Shown piece after piece: positions 28,576-38,898 of a stretch of DNA of 64,000 nucleotides. The notes beneath the pieces were generated by a model. The model did not search any database, was not told where the DNA came from, and saw only the letters and a list, made by a program, of their open reading frames with translations. The stretch is from an uncultured Aliarcobacter sp. (GTDB lineage Bacteria > Campylobacterota > Campylobacteria > Campylobacterales > Arcobacteraceae). Numbering within the stretch: position 1 is the stretch's first letter; every line of letters starts with the position of its first letter. The DNA lies in NCBI GenBank assembly GCA_963677435.1, contig OY781945.1:1792001-1856000 (forward strand), read 5' to 3'. A program made the position numbers and the translations under genes.

Positions 28576-29707
28576 TGAAAAAACAACATTTATAAGATTT
28601 TTATCTTTATATTTAGGTTCATCGTTTATTTTAATAGTACTAGTAGCATTTTTATATTATCAAAATCAAAAAAATTTATATTTTGATTTGACAAAATCAG
28701 ATATGCAAAATATTATTTCAAAATTATCGTCAAAAATAATATCTTCACATATGACAAATACAAGTTTAGATACTAGTAAATTATTAGAAACTAAGGAGTA
28801 TAAGATTTCTTTTTACAATGAGAATAAAGAGAAAATTTTTGGTAATTTTGATGATAATATAGATTTTTCAAAAGATTTTCTTCAACATGAAGAACATTTT
28901 GTATTAGTTGATAAATCAACATTGGGTCATCTTGGAATATTTTATATTGTAATTGAAGAAAACTTATTATCTGAAAAGATAAAAGAATTAACAATTAATA
29001 TTATTTTTATTTTTATATTCATTTATTCTATTATTTCTTTAGTTGGATTTTATCTTGCAAAATTATTTCTAAAACCAATAAAAGATGAAAGAGAAAGATT
29101 AAATATTTTTATTAAAGATACAACTCATGAACTAAATACACCAATAAGTGCTATTTTAATGTCAACTGAATCTACTAATTTAACTCATAAACAAATTGAA
29201 AGAGTTAGATTAAGTGCTAAAAGAGTATCTGAAATTTATAAAGATTTAACATATGTATTTTTGGAAAATCATCTACATGAAAAAATTATAAATAAACTTT
29301 CATTGAATACTATAATAAATGAGCAGTTAAAATATTTTGAACCACTTGCATCTAAAAAAAGAATTACAATTACCACAAATTTAGAAGAATTTGAATATAA
29401 AATCAATGAAGATGATTTTATAAGAGTTTTTAATAATTTAGTATCTAATTCAATTAAATATAACAAAATAAGTGGAGAAATAGATATATCTTTAAAAAAT
29501 AAAACTTTAACTATTAAAGATACAGGAATAGGAATTCGAGAAGAAAAAATCAAAAATATTTTCGATAGATATTACAGAGCAACTTCAGAACAAGGTGGTT
29601 TTGGAATAGGATTAAATATTGTAAGTAAAATATGTAAAGATTATAATATAAGAATAGTAGTTGATTCAGAGCTAAATGAAAGTACAACTTTTAAATTAAT
29701 TTTTTAA
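28559..29707 (+). CDS. Sensor histidine kinase (CrdS-like); frame extends upstream of the ORF-track start 28688
   Basis: DTTHELNTP, NLVSNSIKY, DTGIG, GGFGIGL; first TM helix is encoded upstream of 28688 in the same frame. Confidence 0.85.
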   Translation: MNLTNSEKTTFIRFLSLYLGSSFILIVLVAFLYYQNQKNLYFDLTKSDMQNIISKLSSKIISSHMTNTSLDTSKLLETKEYKISFYNENKEKIFGNFDDNIDFSKDFLQHEEHFVLVDKSTLGHLGIFYIVIEENLLSEKIKELTINIIFIFIFIYSIISLVGFYLAKLFLKPIKDERERLNIFIKDTTHELNTPISAILMSTESTNLTHKQIERVRLSAKRVSEIYKDLTYVFLENHLHEKIINKLSLNTIINEQLKYFEPLASKKRITITTNLEEFEYKINEDDFIRVFNNLVSNSIKYNKISGEIDISLKNKTLTIKDTGIGIREEKIKNIFDRYYRATSEQGGFGIGLNIVSKICKDYNIRIVVDSELNESTTFKLIF

Positions 29708-29725
29708 AAACTTCTATAAAATAAG

Positions 29726-29755
29726 AAACCTTCAAGAGTTAGTACTTGAAGGTTT
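29726..29755. terminator. Bidirectional hairpin between convergent genes
   Basis: AAACCTTCAAG...CTTGAAGGTTT. Confidence 0.7.
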
Positions 29756-29788
29756 TTAAGAAAGATACTAATGAAGGTTTATTAATAA

Positions 29789-30010
29789 TCAACCTCCATA
29801 TCCTGTATTATCAGAATTAAGAAATTCTTGATGTTTTTCTTGTATAGAGAACTCTTTTTTTACTGAATTGTCTTTATTCATTTCATGCATTGATTTATGC
29901 ATAGCCATACATTTTTCTTTATCCATACCCATCATCATGTTATTTTCAGCTGCAAATAAGCTTCCTGCAAATAAACCTGCTACTAAAACTGTAATTGTTA
30001 ATCTTTTCAT
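29789..30010 (-). CDS. Small secreted Met-rich putative copper-binding protein
   Basis: Signal peptide followed by MMMGMDKEKCMAMHKSMHEM. Confidence 0.75.
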   Translation of the reverse strand: MKRLTITVLVAGLFAGSLFAAENNMMMGMDKEKCMAMHKSMHEMNKDNSVKKEFSIQEKHQEFLNSDNTGYGG

Positions 30011-30039
30011 TTTCTATCCTTTGATTTTTTATATGTGTA

Positions 30040-30071
30040 ATTATAATTATTAAATAAGGAAAGAATGTGGA
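30040..30071 (-). promoter_or_regulatory. Copper-block promoter motif, copy 2
   Basis: On +: ATTATA-N9-TAAGGA-N5-TGTGGA. Confidence 0.7.
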
Positions 30072-30137
30072 AGACTATGTATTTGATTAATTTTTTTATA
30101 AAAAGTTTTAATTTAGAAGCTATTATTTGGAATTGCC

Positions 30138-30377
30138 ATTAAAAAAAGATATATAAGTTTAATAGTAATTTTTTTTATAATAGTTATTTTTATAATATTT
30201 TCAAATAGAAATAATGATACGGGAAGATGGTATAGTGAAAAACAAGTTAAGCTTGGAGAACAAGTATTTCTGAAAAATTGTGCCTCATGTCATGGAGAAA
30301 AAGCAGAAAAAACTATTAATTGGAAAAAAACTTTATCAGATGGCTCATATCCTCCACCTGGAATGACCCCAAGTTAG
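30138..30377 (+). pseudogene. Truncated c-type cytochrome (5' part)
   Basis: Not in ORF track. KKRYISLIVIFFII...FLKNCASCHGEKAEKTINWKKTLSDGSYPPP then GMTPS*; CxxCH present, no ATG/GTG/TTG start in frame. Confidence 0.8.
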
Positions 30378-30405
30378 TAGATACTTTTTTATTCAGTTAA
30401 CACCT
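30359..30405. mobile_element. Isolated IS3-family-like terminal repeat remnant
   Basis: TGGAATGACCCCAAGTTAGTAGATAC at the junction of two truncated genes; TG...TGACCCC is typical of IS3-family ends. Confidence 0.55.
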
Positions 30406-30409
30406 TGGG

Positions 30410-30976
30410 TTGAGTAACACTATCAAGAATCTAACAACAAATATTCAATATCTTAATGCTATTGATAATTTTGAATCTGAATATTTCGATGCAACATATA
30501 CTTTTGGTCCTATTTTTGTGTCAGGACAATATATAGGAACACAATATGATACAAATGAAAGTGATGGAAACTTTATAGCACTAAAGGTAGGTGCAGAGTA
30601 TAAAGATTTTAATTTTGCAATAGCTACTAGTGAGACAACTTCTGGTGATGTTGAATCTGGATTAGGTTATGGAGCAGATACATCATTTACTGGTAATGAA
30701 ATTTATGGAAGTATCTTCTCTTATAGAAAAGATGCAAAAGCATATAAAGTAAGTTTAGAAAAAGAAATTGATAAACTTAAAATAGGTGCAGCATACGTAT
30801 TTACGGATATGAAAGATAATAAATCAAATGATCAAGAAATAGACTTAACAGGTTCTTATCAATTTACAAAAAATCTCAAATTAGACTTACTTCATGCAAT
30901 AATTGATGGCTCTGAAGATTACAGTAGAGCAAAAGCAGATAGTGAAACTAGAATTAAAGTATCATACTCTTTTTAA
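30410..30976 (+). pseudogene. 3' half of an Opr/OprD-like outer membrane porin
   Basis: Beta-strand pattern, EIDLTGSYQF, terminal RIKVSYSF; no signal peptide, only 188 aa. Confidence 0.75.
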
Positions 30977-31001
30977 ATAACTAGCTGTAAAGCTAGTTAT
31001 T
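30976..31001. terminator. Hairpin after porin fragment
   Basis: AATAACTAGCT-GTAA-AGCTAGTTATT. Confidence 0.6.
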
Positions 31002-31068
31002 CATATATTTTATAGTATTGTAATTAGAATTAATATTTAATTCCAATTACAAATCAAGAATGATAACG

Positions 31069-31299
31069 TTAATTATCTTTAGATAAAAAATTAATCCCAT
31101 TAGCTAGATATTGATTCAAAATAATCTCATTTTCACTTATTTTATGATCTGTAATACTATTTTCTGAATATATCAAATCATTTTCAGATTTTTCTAACAT
31201 TAAACCAAATTCAGGATTTTTTTCTTCTTGCTTATTAGTACTATTTTTGTTAATACAATCTGAATTATTAATATTACTTGTAATACTTGAAACTTTCAT
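31069..31299 (-). CDS. Hypothetical protein
   Basis: 76-aa ORF with AAGGA RBS, directly downstream of the ATPase. Confidence 0.6.
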   Translation of the reverse strand: MKVSSITSNINNSDCINKNSTNKQEEKNPEFGLMLEKSENDLIYSENSITDHKISENEIILNQYLANGINFLSKDN

Positions 31300-31312
31300 A
31301 TGAAAGTCCTTT

Positions 31313-33661
31313 CTATTTTAATTTAATATTTTTTAGTCTTAATGCATTTAATATAACAGAAACTGAACTAAAACTCATTGCAGCAGCTGCAATAATAGGT
31401 GATAATAAAATGCCAAAATAAGGATATAAAATACCCGCAGCAATTGGAACACCTGCTGTATTATAAATAAAAGCGAAAAATAAATTTTGTCTTATATTTT
31501 TCATAGTACCTTTACTTAATTTATATGCTTTTATAATGCCATTTAGATCACCTTTAATTAGGGTTATTTCAGCACTTTCTATTGCAATATCAGTACCTGT
31601 TCCCATTGCAATTCCTACATTTGCTGCTGTAAGAGCTGGTGCATCATTTATTCCATCGCCTGCCATTGCTACAATTTTACCTTGAGATTGTAAATCTTTT
31701 ATTACTGATAATTTATCTTCAGGTAAAACATCTGAATAAACTTGTTTAATAGATAACTTTTTTGCCACAGCTTTGGCTGTAATTTCATTATCACCTGTTA
31801 ACATTACTACATTAATTCCTAAAGAATGCAAGTTATCAATAGCTTCTTTTGTTGAAGACTTAATTGGATCAGCAATAGATATAAGTCCTGCTAAAATATT
31901 ATCAATTGCTATAAAAATAACTGTTTGACCATTTTCTCTTAAATCATTTGCTTTTTGCACTGAATCATCTAAATTAATATTTAAATCTTGCATTAATTTT
32001 AAATTTCCTAATGCGATGATTTTAGTATCAACTTCTCCAATTACACCTTTTCCTGTGATATATTTGAAATTCTCAACCTCTAATATATCAATTGCATTTT
32101 CTTTTGCTTTTTTAATTATAGCTTCAGATAAAGGATGTTCACTATTTTGTTCTATTGCAGCAGCAAACTTTAAAATTTCATTTTCATTAAAATTATTTAA
32201 ATTTGTAATTGCAGTTACTTGTGGTTTTCCAACTGTTAATGTGCCCGTTTTATCAACAACAACTGTATCAATTTTCTCCATAATTTCTAAGGCTTCAGCA
32301 TTCTTAATAAGTACTCCTTCTAATGCACCACGACCAGTACCAACCATAATAGAAATTGGTGTTGCTAACCCTAAAGCACAAGGACAAGCGATAATTAAAA
32401 CTGCTACTGCATTTACAATTGCAAAGGCAAGGGTTGGTTCAGGGCCAAAAAAATACCAAATAATATAAGTTATAAAAGATATTAATACGACAGCAGGAAC
32501 AAAATATCCTGAAACACTATCTGCAAGTTTTTGAATAGGAGCACGACTTCTTTGTGCTTGAGCTACCATTTCTATTATTTGAGAAATTAATGTGTCTTTA
32601 CCTATTTTTGTTGCTTTCATTATAAATACACCTGTACCATTTACAGTTGCACCTATAACTTTATCATCAAGGTTTTTTTCTACAGGAATTGATTCTCCTG
32701 TAACCATTGACTCATCAATAATACTTTTTCCGTTAATGATAATTCCATCAACTGGTATTTTTTCTCCTGGTTTAATTTTAAGATTATCATTTAATTGTAT
32801 ATCTTCTACATCAATTAATTCTTCTGTTTTATCATTATTAATTCTTATAGCAGTAGAAGGAACAAGATTTAATAACATTTTAATTGCAACATTTGTTCTA
32901 GATCTTGCTCTAAGTTCTAATACTTGACCTAATAAAACTAAAGTAATAATTACACCTGCTGCTTCAAAATATACAGGAACCGTTCCACCTTCCCCTTGTA
33001 AATTTATAGGGAAAAGAGTTGGAAGAAACAAGGCAATAACGCTAAATATCCAGGCAACACTCACTCCTAATCCAATAAGCGTGAACATATTTAAACTTTT
33101 GTTTATTACTGAATAATATGCTTTAACATAAAAGTTCCATCCTCCCCAAAGGACAATAGGAGTAGCAAGAAAAAATTCAATATATTGAATTGTCGACATT
33201 GATAAACTAGATGGTAAAATATTTTCACTCAAATCAGCTAACATCGCTAAGATAAATAAAGGAATAGCTAAAACGGTACTTATCCAAAATCTTTTTGTCA
33301 TATAATCTAATTCATCAGTATTTTCTTCTTCTTTCTTGTCTATTACACCCATAGGTTCTAATGCCATACCACATTTAGGACAATCACCTGGCTTATCACG
33401 AATAATCTCTGGATGCATAGGACATGTGTATTTTATATTTTGTTTTATTATTTCGTGAGTATGAGGTTCATCTAGGTGATTATGTTCTAAATGTTCATGA
33501 TTTTTTTCTTCATTAAGATATTGAGAAGGGTTTCTTTCAAACTTATTTAAACAATTCTGACTACAAAAATAGTATTCTTTTTTATCATTAGTTGTACTAA
33601 ATTTTGATGTTTCACTAACATTCATTCCACATACGGGATCTTTTATATTTAAATTATTCAT
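31313..33661 (-). CDS. Cu(I)/Ag(I) P1B-type ATPase with YHS and heavy-metal-binding N terminus (SilP-like)
   Basis: DPVCGM, YTCPMHP, CPKCGM, TGES, CPCALG, DKTGT, YN and MSFSS; start 33661 couples to the upstream small gene. Confidence 0.95.
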   Translation of the reverse strand: MNNLNIKDPVCGMNVSETSKFSTTNDKKEYYFCSQNCLNKFERNPSQYLNEEKNHEHLEHNHLDEPHTHEIIKQNIKYTCPMHPEIIRDKPGDCPKCGMALEPMGVIDKKEEENTDELDYMTKRFWISTVLAIPLFILAMLADLSENILPSSLSMSTIQYIEFFLATPIVLWGGWNFYVKAYYSVINKSLNMFTLIGLGVSVAWIFSVIALFLPTLFPINLQGEGGTVPVYFEAAGVIITLVLLGQVLELRARSRTNVAIKMLLNLVPSTAIRINNDKTEELIDVEDIQLNDNLKIKPGEKIPVDGIIINGKSIIDESMVTGESIPVEKNLDDKVIGATVNGTGVFIMKATKIGKDTLISQIIEMVAQAQRSRAPIQKLADSVSGYFVPAVVLISFITYIIWYFFGPEPTLAFAIVNAVAVLIIACPCALGLATPISIMVGTGRGALEGVLIKNAEALEIMEKIDTVVVDKTGTLTVGKPQVTAITNLNNFNENEILKFAAAIEQNSEHPLSEAIIKKAKENAIDILEVENFKYITGKGVIGEVDTKIIALGNLKLMQDLNINLDDSVQKANDLRENGQTVIFIAIDNILAGLISIADPIKSSTKEAIDNLHSLGINVVMLTGDNEITAKAVAKKLSIKQVYSDVLPEDKLSVIKDLQSQGKIVAMAGDGINDAPALTAANVGIAMGTGTDIAIESAEITLIKGDLNGIIKAYKLSKGTMKNIRQNLFFAFIYNTAGVPIAAGILYPYFGILLSPIIAAAAMSFSSVSVILNALRLKNIKLK

Positions 33662-33827
33662 TATTATTACCTTTGTTATGTTTGTGTCCACCATGCATAA
33701 ATATATGCATTACTGGACATAAAAGTAATAATAATGGCCAAAATTCAATTATTGAAGCGATTGGTTTATTTGATAGATAAAAAACAATGCCAATAACTAC
33801 AGTTATTACTATAAGAATTTTTTTCAT
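33654..33827 (-). CDS. DUF2933-like small membrane protein (57 aa)
   Basis: Not in ORF track. [17 protein letters not shown]...[29 protein letters not shown]. Confidence 0.85.
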   Translation of the reverse strand: MKKILIVITVVIGIVFYLSNKPIASIIEFWPLLLLLCPVMHIFMHGGHKHNKGNNNE

Positions 33828-33881
33828 AATATATTTCCTTTATTTAATTTTTAAAACTACTATTTAACTATTAGATATATT

Positions 33882-34076
33882 TTATAACTCATCTATTAAA
33901 GTTCTAAACTCTTCAACGGAAAGTTCTCCCTTAGCTAATCTTTTTTTTAGAATATCTTTATTAGATACTTTATTTTTTTTATCTATAAAATAAATAATAA
34001 TAAATATTACAGATAATAATATTAACCATACCAACATCATTTCAAAGTGATTTAACCTATCTAAATAATCTAACAT
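33882..34076 (-). CDS. SHOCT-domain membrane protein
   Basis: One TM segment followed by ILKKRLAKGELSVEEF. Confidence 0.85.
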   Translation of the reverse strand: MLDYLDRLNHFEMMLVWLILLSVIFIIIYFIDKKNKVSNKDILKKRLAKGELSVEEFRTLIDEL

Positions 34077-34103
34077 TTTTAATCCTTAAGTTTTTATATT
34101 TAT

Positions 34104-34135
34104 ATTATAGGCATTCAACATGCAAGCAACGTGGA
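34104..34135 (-). promoter_or_regulatory. Copper-block promoter motif, degenerate copy 3
   Basis: On +: ATTATA-N9-CATGCA-N5-CGTGGA. Confidence 0.45.
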
Positions 34136-34161
34136 AAATATAATAAAAAATCAGATTAAAA

Positions 34162-34190
34162 AAAAGCTTCCAAGTTAACTTGAAAGCTTT
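34162..34190 (-). terminator. Hairpin downstream of cusA
   Basis: AAAAGCTTCCAAG...CTTGAAAGCTTTT. Confidence 0.65.
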
Positions 34191-34208
34191 TATAAAAGAG
34201 TATAACTA

Positions 34209-37200
34209 TTACTCTTTATTTAGATTTAGTTCGCATTCTTTTTGTGCTTTATTTATGTCATTTCTTTTCCAAATAAAATAAATTGCTGGAACTACTAATA
34301 ATGTCAAAATCACAGCACTAATCATTCCCCCAACCATTGGAGCTGCAATTCTTCCCATTACCTCAGATCCAGTTCCTGTTCCATAAAGAATAGGAAGTAA
34401 ACCTGCGATAATAGCAGTTGCTGTCATCATAACAGGTCGTACTCTCATTCCTGCACCATGAAGAACCGCATGTCTTAGAGTTTCTTCTCTAGGAAGAATG
34501 CTTTGTGCTGCACATTTTTCAATCATTTCATTATATGCTTGATTCAAATATACCAACATAATAACACCAATTTCAACAGCAACACCAGCAAGGGCAATAA
34601 ATCCAACTGCTACTGCTACAGAGAAGTTATACCCTTGTATATACATTAACCAAATACTTCCAACCATAGCTAAAGGAAGTGTTCCCATAATTATTGCAAC
34701 TTCTACAAAGTTACGGAAATTAATATACAATAAAATGATTATAATCATTAGTGTCAATGGAACAACGTACATTAATTTTGCCTTTGCTCTTTCCATATAT
34801 TCATATTGACCTGACCAACCAATAGAATAACCAGCCGGAAGTTTTAACTTTTCATTTACTGCAGCTTGTGCATTTTTAACATAACTTCCTATATCAACAT
34901 CATCTATATCAATAAATGCCCATCCATTTAATCTTGCATTTTCACTCTTAATACCAGGAGGTCCATCTTCAACATAAACTTTAGCAACATCACCTAATGT
35001 AACTCTTTGTCCACTTGGTGTAATTATAGGTAGTAAAGATAATTGCTCAGGTGAACTTCTATAATCTTGTGGATATCTTAAATTAATTGGATATCTCTCT
35101 AGTCCTTCAACTGTTTGTGATACATTCATCCCACCAACTGCTGTTGAAACAATTTGCTGTAAATATGAAATATCTAATCCATATCTTGCTGCTTTTTCTC
35201 TTTGAATATCAACTTTTATATATCTTCCACCAGCAACTCTTTCTGAATAAACAGAAGTAGTTCCAGGAACTTCTTTTATGATTTTTTCTAAATCTTTACC
35301 AATATTTTCTATAACTTTTAAATCTGGGCCTGCTATTTTAATACCAATTGGAGTTTTAATTCCAGTTGCAAGCATATCAATTCTTGTTTTAATTGGCATA
35401 ACCCAAGCATTAGTAACTCCAGGTAATTTTACAAGCGCATCAAATTCTTTTTTTAAACTTTCGGTTGTAAGCCCTTCTCTCCATTGACTTTTAGGCTTAA
35501 GTTGAATAAATGTTTCAATCATTGTAAGTGGAGCTGGATCTGTTGCTGTTTCGGCACGTCCAACTTTTCCAAATACTGTTTCAACTTCTGGTACAGTTTT
35601 TATAAGTTTATCTGTCTGTTGTAAAAGTTCTCTTGCTTTTCCTATAGAAATACCAGGATATGTTGTGGGCATATACATTAAATCACCTTCATCTAAAGGT
35701 GGTATAAATTCGCTCCCTATTTTATCTAAAGGCCAAAATCCGATACCCAAAATAATAAGTGATGATAAAAGAACCATTTTAGGGTATTTTAAAACACCTG
35801 TCAAAATTGGCATATATCCAGCCGTTAACATTCTATTAATTGGATTTTTATGTTCAGGTAAAACTTTTCCTCTAATAAAATATCCCATTAGCACTGGTAT
35901 TAAAGTAATTGCAAGTGCTGCTGATGCTGCCATTGCATAAGTTTTAGTAAATGCTAAAGGAGCAAACATTCTTCCTTCTTGAGCTTCAAGAGTAAATACA
36001 GGCACAAAACTAATAGTAATGATTAATAAACTAAAAAATAGTGCTGGGCCAACTTCACTAGCTGATTCAGCCACAATTCTCCATCTATTTTCTTTTGTTA
36101 AGGGAGTTCTCTCCATATGTTTATGCATATTTTCTATCATAACAATAGCCCCATCAATCATTGCTCCAATTGCAATAGCAATACCTCCAAGAGACATAAT
36201 ATTTGCATTTAATCCTTGCATATACATAACAATAAATGCTGCTAAAATTCCTACAGGTAAACTAACAATTGCAACTAAGGATGACCTAACATGGAAAAGA
36301 AATATAATACAAACTAAAGCTACAACACCAAACTCTTCAAGTAGTTTAAATGTTAGATTATCAACTGCACTTTCAATCAGTTTACTTCTATCATATACAG
36401 GTACAATTTCAACACCTTCAGGTAAACCTTTTTTTAAAGTCTCTAATTTTGCTTTTACAAGTTCAATTGTTTTTTGTGCATTTTCACCATAACGCATAAC
36501 AACAATTCCACCAACTGTTTCTCCTTCACCATTAAGTTCAGCAATTCCTCTTCTCATTTGAGGACCAACATCAATTTCAGCAATATCTTTTAAAAGAAGA
36601 GGTGTACCATTTACGTTCATCCCAAGAGGAATATTTCCTATATCTTCTTTATTTTCTAAATATCCAGTAACTCTTACCATATACTCAGCTTCAGCCATTT
36701 CTACAACTGATGCTCCTACTTCTTGATTACCTTTTTTAATTGCGGTATGAATAAGAGAAAGAGGAATATTAAATGCTCTTAACTTATCAGGATCAATTTT
36801 TACTTGATATTGTTTAACCATACCACCCAGTGCTGTAACTTCAGACACACCTGGAACTGTTTGTAGTTCGTATTTTAAAAACCAATCTTGCAAACTTCTT
36901 AACTGAGAAATATCACGTTTCCCAGATTTATCAGTTAAGGCATAAAGATATACCCATCCAACACCTGTTGCATCAGGACCTAACTGAGTTTTTGCATTTG
37001 AAGGAAGTGATGATGCAACTTGACTTAAATACTCTAAAACTCTACTTCTTGCCCAGTAAAGATCAGTTTTTTCATTAAAAATTACATAAACATACGAATC
37101 TCCAAAAAATGAGTACCCTCGAACTGTAACTGCACCAGGAACAGAAAGCATTGCAGTTGTAAGTGGATAAGTTACTTGATCTTCCACAACTTGAGGTGCT

Positions 37201-37367
37201 TGTCCAGGGTAAGATGTTTTAATAATAACTTGAACATCAGATAAATCAGGAAGGGCATCAACTGCTGTATTTTTAACGGAGAAGAGCCCACCTCCCACAA
37301 GCATAATTGTTGCCAATAAAACAAAAAAACGGTTCTTTACGGACCAATAAATTATAGATTTAATCAT
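34209..37367 (-). CDS. cusA: CusA/SilA heavy-metal RND permease
   Basis: DALPDLSDVQV, GPDATGVGWV, LMYMPTT, RIDMLATG, RVRPVMMT. Confidence 0.95.
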   Translation of the reverse strand: MIKSIIYWSVKNRFFVLLATIMLVGGGLFSVKNTAVDALPDLSDVQVIIKTSYPGQAPQVVEDQVTYPLTTAMLSVPGAVTVRGYSFFGDSYVYVIFNEKTDLYWARSRVLEYLSQVASSLPSNAKTQLGPDATGVGWVYLYALTDKSGKRDISQLRSLQDWFLKYELQTVPGVSEVTALGGMVKQYQVKIDPDKLRAFNIPLSLIHTAIKKGNQEVGASVVEMAEAEYMVRVTGYLENKEDIGNIPLGMNVNGTPLLLKDIAEIDVGPQMRRGIAELNGEGETVGGIVVMRYGENAQKTIELVKAKLETLKKGLPEGVEIVPVYDRSKLIESAVDNLTFKLLEEFGVVALVCIIFLFHVRSSLVAIVSLPVGILAAFIVMYMQGLNANIMSLGGIAIAIGAMIDGAIVMIENMHKHMERTPLTKENRWRIVAESASEVGPALFFSLLIITISFVPVFTLEAQEGRMFAPLAFTKTYAMAASAALAITLIPVLMGYFIRGKVLPEHKNPINRMLTAGYMPILTGVLKYPKMVLLSSLIILGIGFWPLDKIGSEFIPPLDEGDLMYMPTTYPGISIGKARELLQQTDKLIKTVPEVETVFGKVGRAETATDPAPLTMIETFIQLKPKSQWREGLTTESLKKEFDALVKLPGVTNAWVMPIKTRIDMLATGIKTPIGIKIAGPDLKVIENIGKDLEKIIKEVPGTTSVYSERVAGGRYIKVDIQREKAARYGLDISYLQQIVSTAVGGMNVSQTVEGLERYPINLRYPQDYRSSPEQLSLLPIITPSGQRVTLGDVAKVYVEDGPPGIKSENARLNGWAFIDIDDVDIGSYVKNAQAAVNEKLKLPAGYSIGWSGQYEYMERAKAKLMYVVPLTLMIIIILLYINFRNFVEVAIIMGTLPLAMVGSIWLMYIQGYNFSVAVAVGFIALAGVAVEIGVIMLVYLNQAYNEMIEKCAAQSILPREETLRHAVLHGAGMRVRPVMMTATAIIAGLLPILYGTGTGSEVMGRIAAPMVGGMISAVILTLLVVPAIYFIWKRNDINKAQKECELNLNKE

Positions 37368-37384
37368 AATAATTCCTTCATTCT

Positions 37385-38887
37385 CTAATGTTTCATTCGA
37401 ACATCAGTAATAATATATTTATTATCTTTTGTCTTAGTTATTTCTATATCCATAGGCATATCTACTTTAAACATTGAGAAATCAATTTCTTTTGATACTT
37501 CAAAATTCATTGTCATTGAGGGCCATTTCCAGTTTGGAATTGCACTATGAGTTACTTTTATTGTATTATCTTCAACAATTAATTTTACTACTTTTGCTTC
37601 AACCCATTGTTTTAAATTGGGATCTTTATTTGTACTTTGCTCATCAGATGTTTGATTATCTTGTTTACTTTCAAAGCTTGACATACGTTTAAAATCTGAA
37701 GTTTTACTTGATTCTGAATCAAGTAAAAATTGAGCAGAAGTAACAATTTTTTCACCTTCAGTTAAACCTGATAGAATTTCTGCATACTCATCATTAAGTT
37801 TACCGATTTTTACATTTACAGATTTAAAACTACCATCACCTAATGCAAGAACTACTCTATTTGAATTACCTGTTCTTATAACAGCCTCTTTTGGTACAGT
37901 AAGTCTTTCTTTATCATTTTGTCCATGAATAGTGACTTGTGCAAACATACCTGGTTTTAAAAGTTCATCTTCATTTGCAAATTTTAATCTAATTTTTAAT
38001 GTTCTTGTTTTAGTATCAAGTGTAGGATAAATATAATCAACAATACCTTTGTATTCATGTCCTGGTAAATAATCAAGTTTCATATCCACAGGACTTCCAA
38101 TTTTTACTTCTGCTGATTGACGTTCAAATACTTCTGCATTTACCCAAATTTGTTTTAATGTCCCAATAGACATAATCGTAACTCCAGGTTTTACAAAGAA
38201 ACCTTCTCTAATTTGAAGATTATCTACTACACCTGTTTTACTAGAATAAAAAGTAATAGTTTGTTTAATTTTTCTTGTTCTTTCAATCTCTTCTATTGCA
38301 GAAATAGGTACTTGTAAAGATTTTAATCTATTTCTTGCTGCTTTTATTAATCTATCATTCTTTTGTTCTATTGCTTGGAGAAACTCTCCTTGTGCATTTA
38401 CCATTTCAGGAGAATAAATATCATATAAAGGTTCTCCTTTTTTTACAGGATTACCAGAAGCTTTTATATAAAGTTTTTCTATCCATCCACTAATTCTTGG
38501 ATGGATATGTACTAAATAATCTTCATCATAATTTACATAACCTACAGTATTAATTTGAGAATGGAGGGCTTGTCTTTTTACTATATCAGTTCTTACACCT
38601 AAATTATTTACAACTGTTGGTGAAATTTTTACAGTTCCTTTGCCTTCATCTGGGCCACCCCCTTCATTACCATAAAATGGAATTAAATCCATTCCCATAG
38701 GAGATTTTCCAGGTTTATCTCTTTTATAATTTGCATCCATTGGTGCTACCCAATAAAGAGGTTTTTTTTCAATATTTTTATTTTCACTTGGAGAATTTTG
38801 ATTTATAGGTTTTTCCAAGGAATTTAATCCAATATAAGTGATTCCTCCACCTAAAAGAATACCCGCTACGAATAAACTAAATTTCAT
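37385..38887 (-). CDS. cusB: CusB/SilB membrane fusion protein with C-terminal CusF-like domain
   Basis: YWVAPMD, KSPMGMDL, AQFLLDSES; tail HSAIPNWKWPSMTMNF. Confidence 0.9.
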   Translation of the reverse strand: MKFSLFVAGILLGGGITYIGLNSLEKPINQNSPSENKNIEKKPLYWVAPMDANYKRDKPGKSPMGMDLIPFYGNEGGGPDEGKGTVKISPTVVNNLGVRTDIVKRQALHSQINTVGYVNYDEDYLVHIHPRISGWIEKLYIKASGNPVKKGEPLYDIYSPEMVNAQGEFLQAIEQKNDRLIKAARNRLKSLQVPISAIEEIERTRKIKQTITFYSSKTGVVDNLQIREGFFVKPGVTIMSIGTLKQIWVNAEVFERQSAEVKIGSPVDMKLDYLPGHEYKGIVDYIYPTLDTKTRTLKIRLKFANEDELLKPGMFAQVTIHGQNDKERLTVPKEAVIRTGNSNRVVLALGDGSFKSVNVKIGKLNDEYAEILSGLTEGEKIVTSAQFLLDSESSKTSDFKRMSSFESKQDNQTSDEQSTNKDPNLKQWVEAKVVKLIVEDNTIKVTHSAIPNWKWPSMTMNFEVSKEIDFSMFKVDMPMDIEITKTKDNKYIITDVRMKH

Positions 38888-38898
38888 TGTTTTTTCCT

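Noticed and set aside
33662..33694. ORF-track start 33694 for the ATPase
   Set aside because: Falls inside the DUF2933-like gene; ATG at 33661 gives normal translational coupling.
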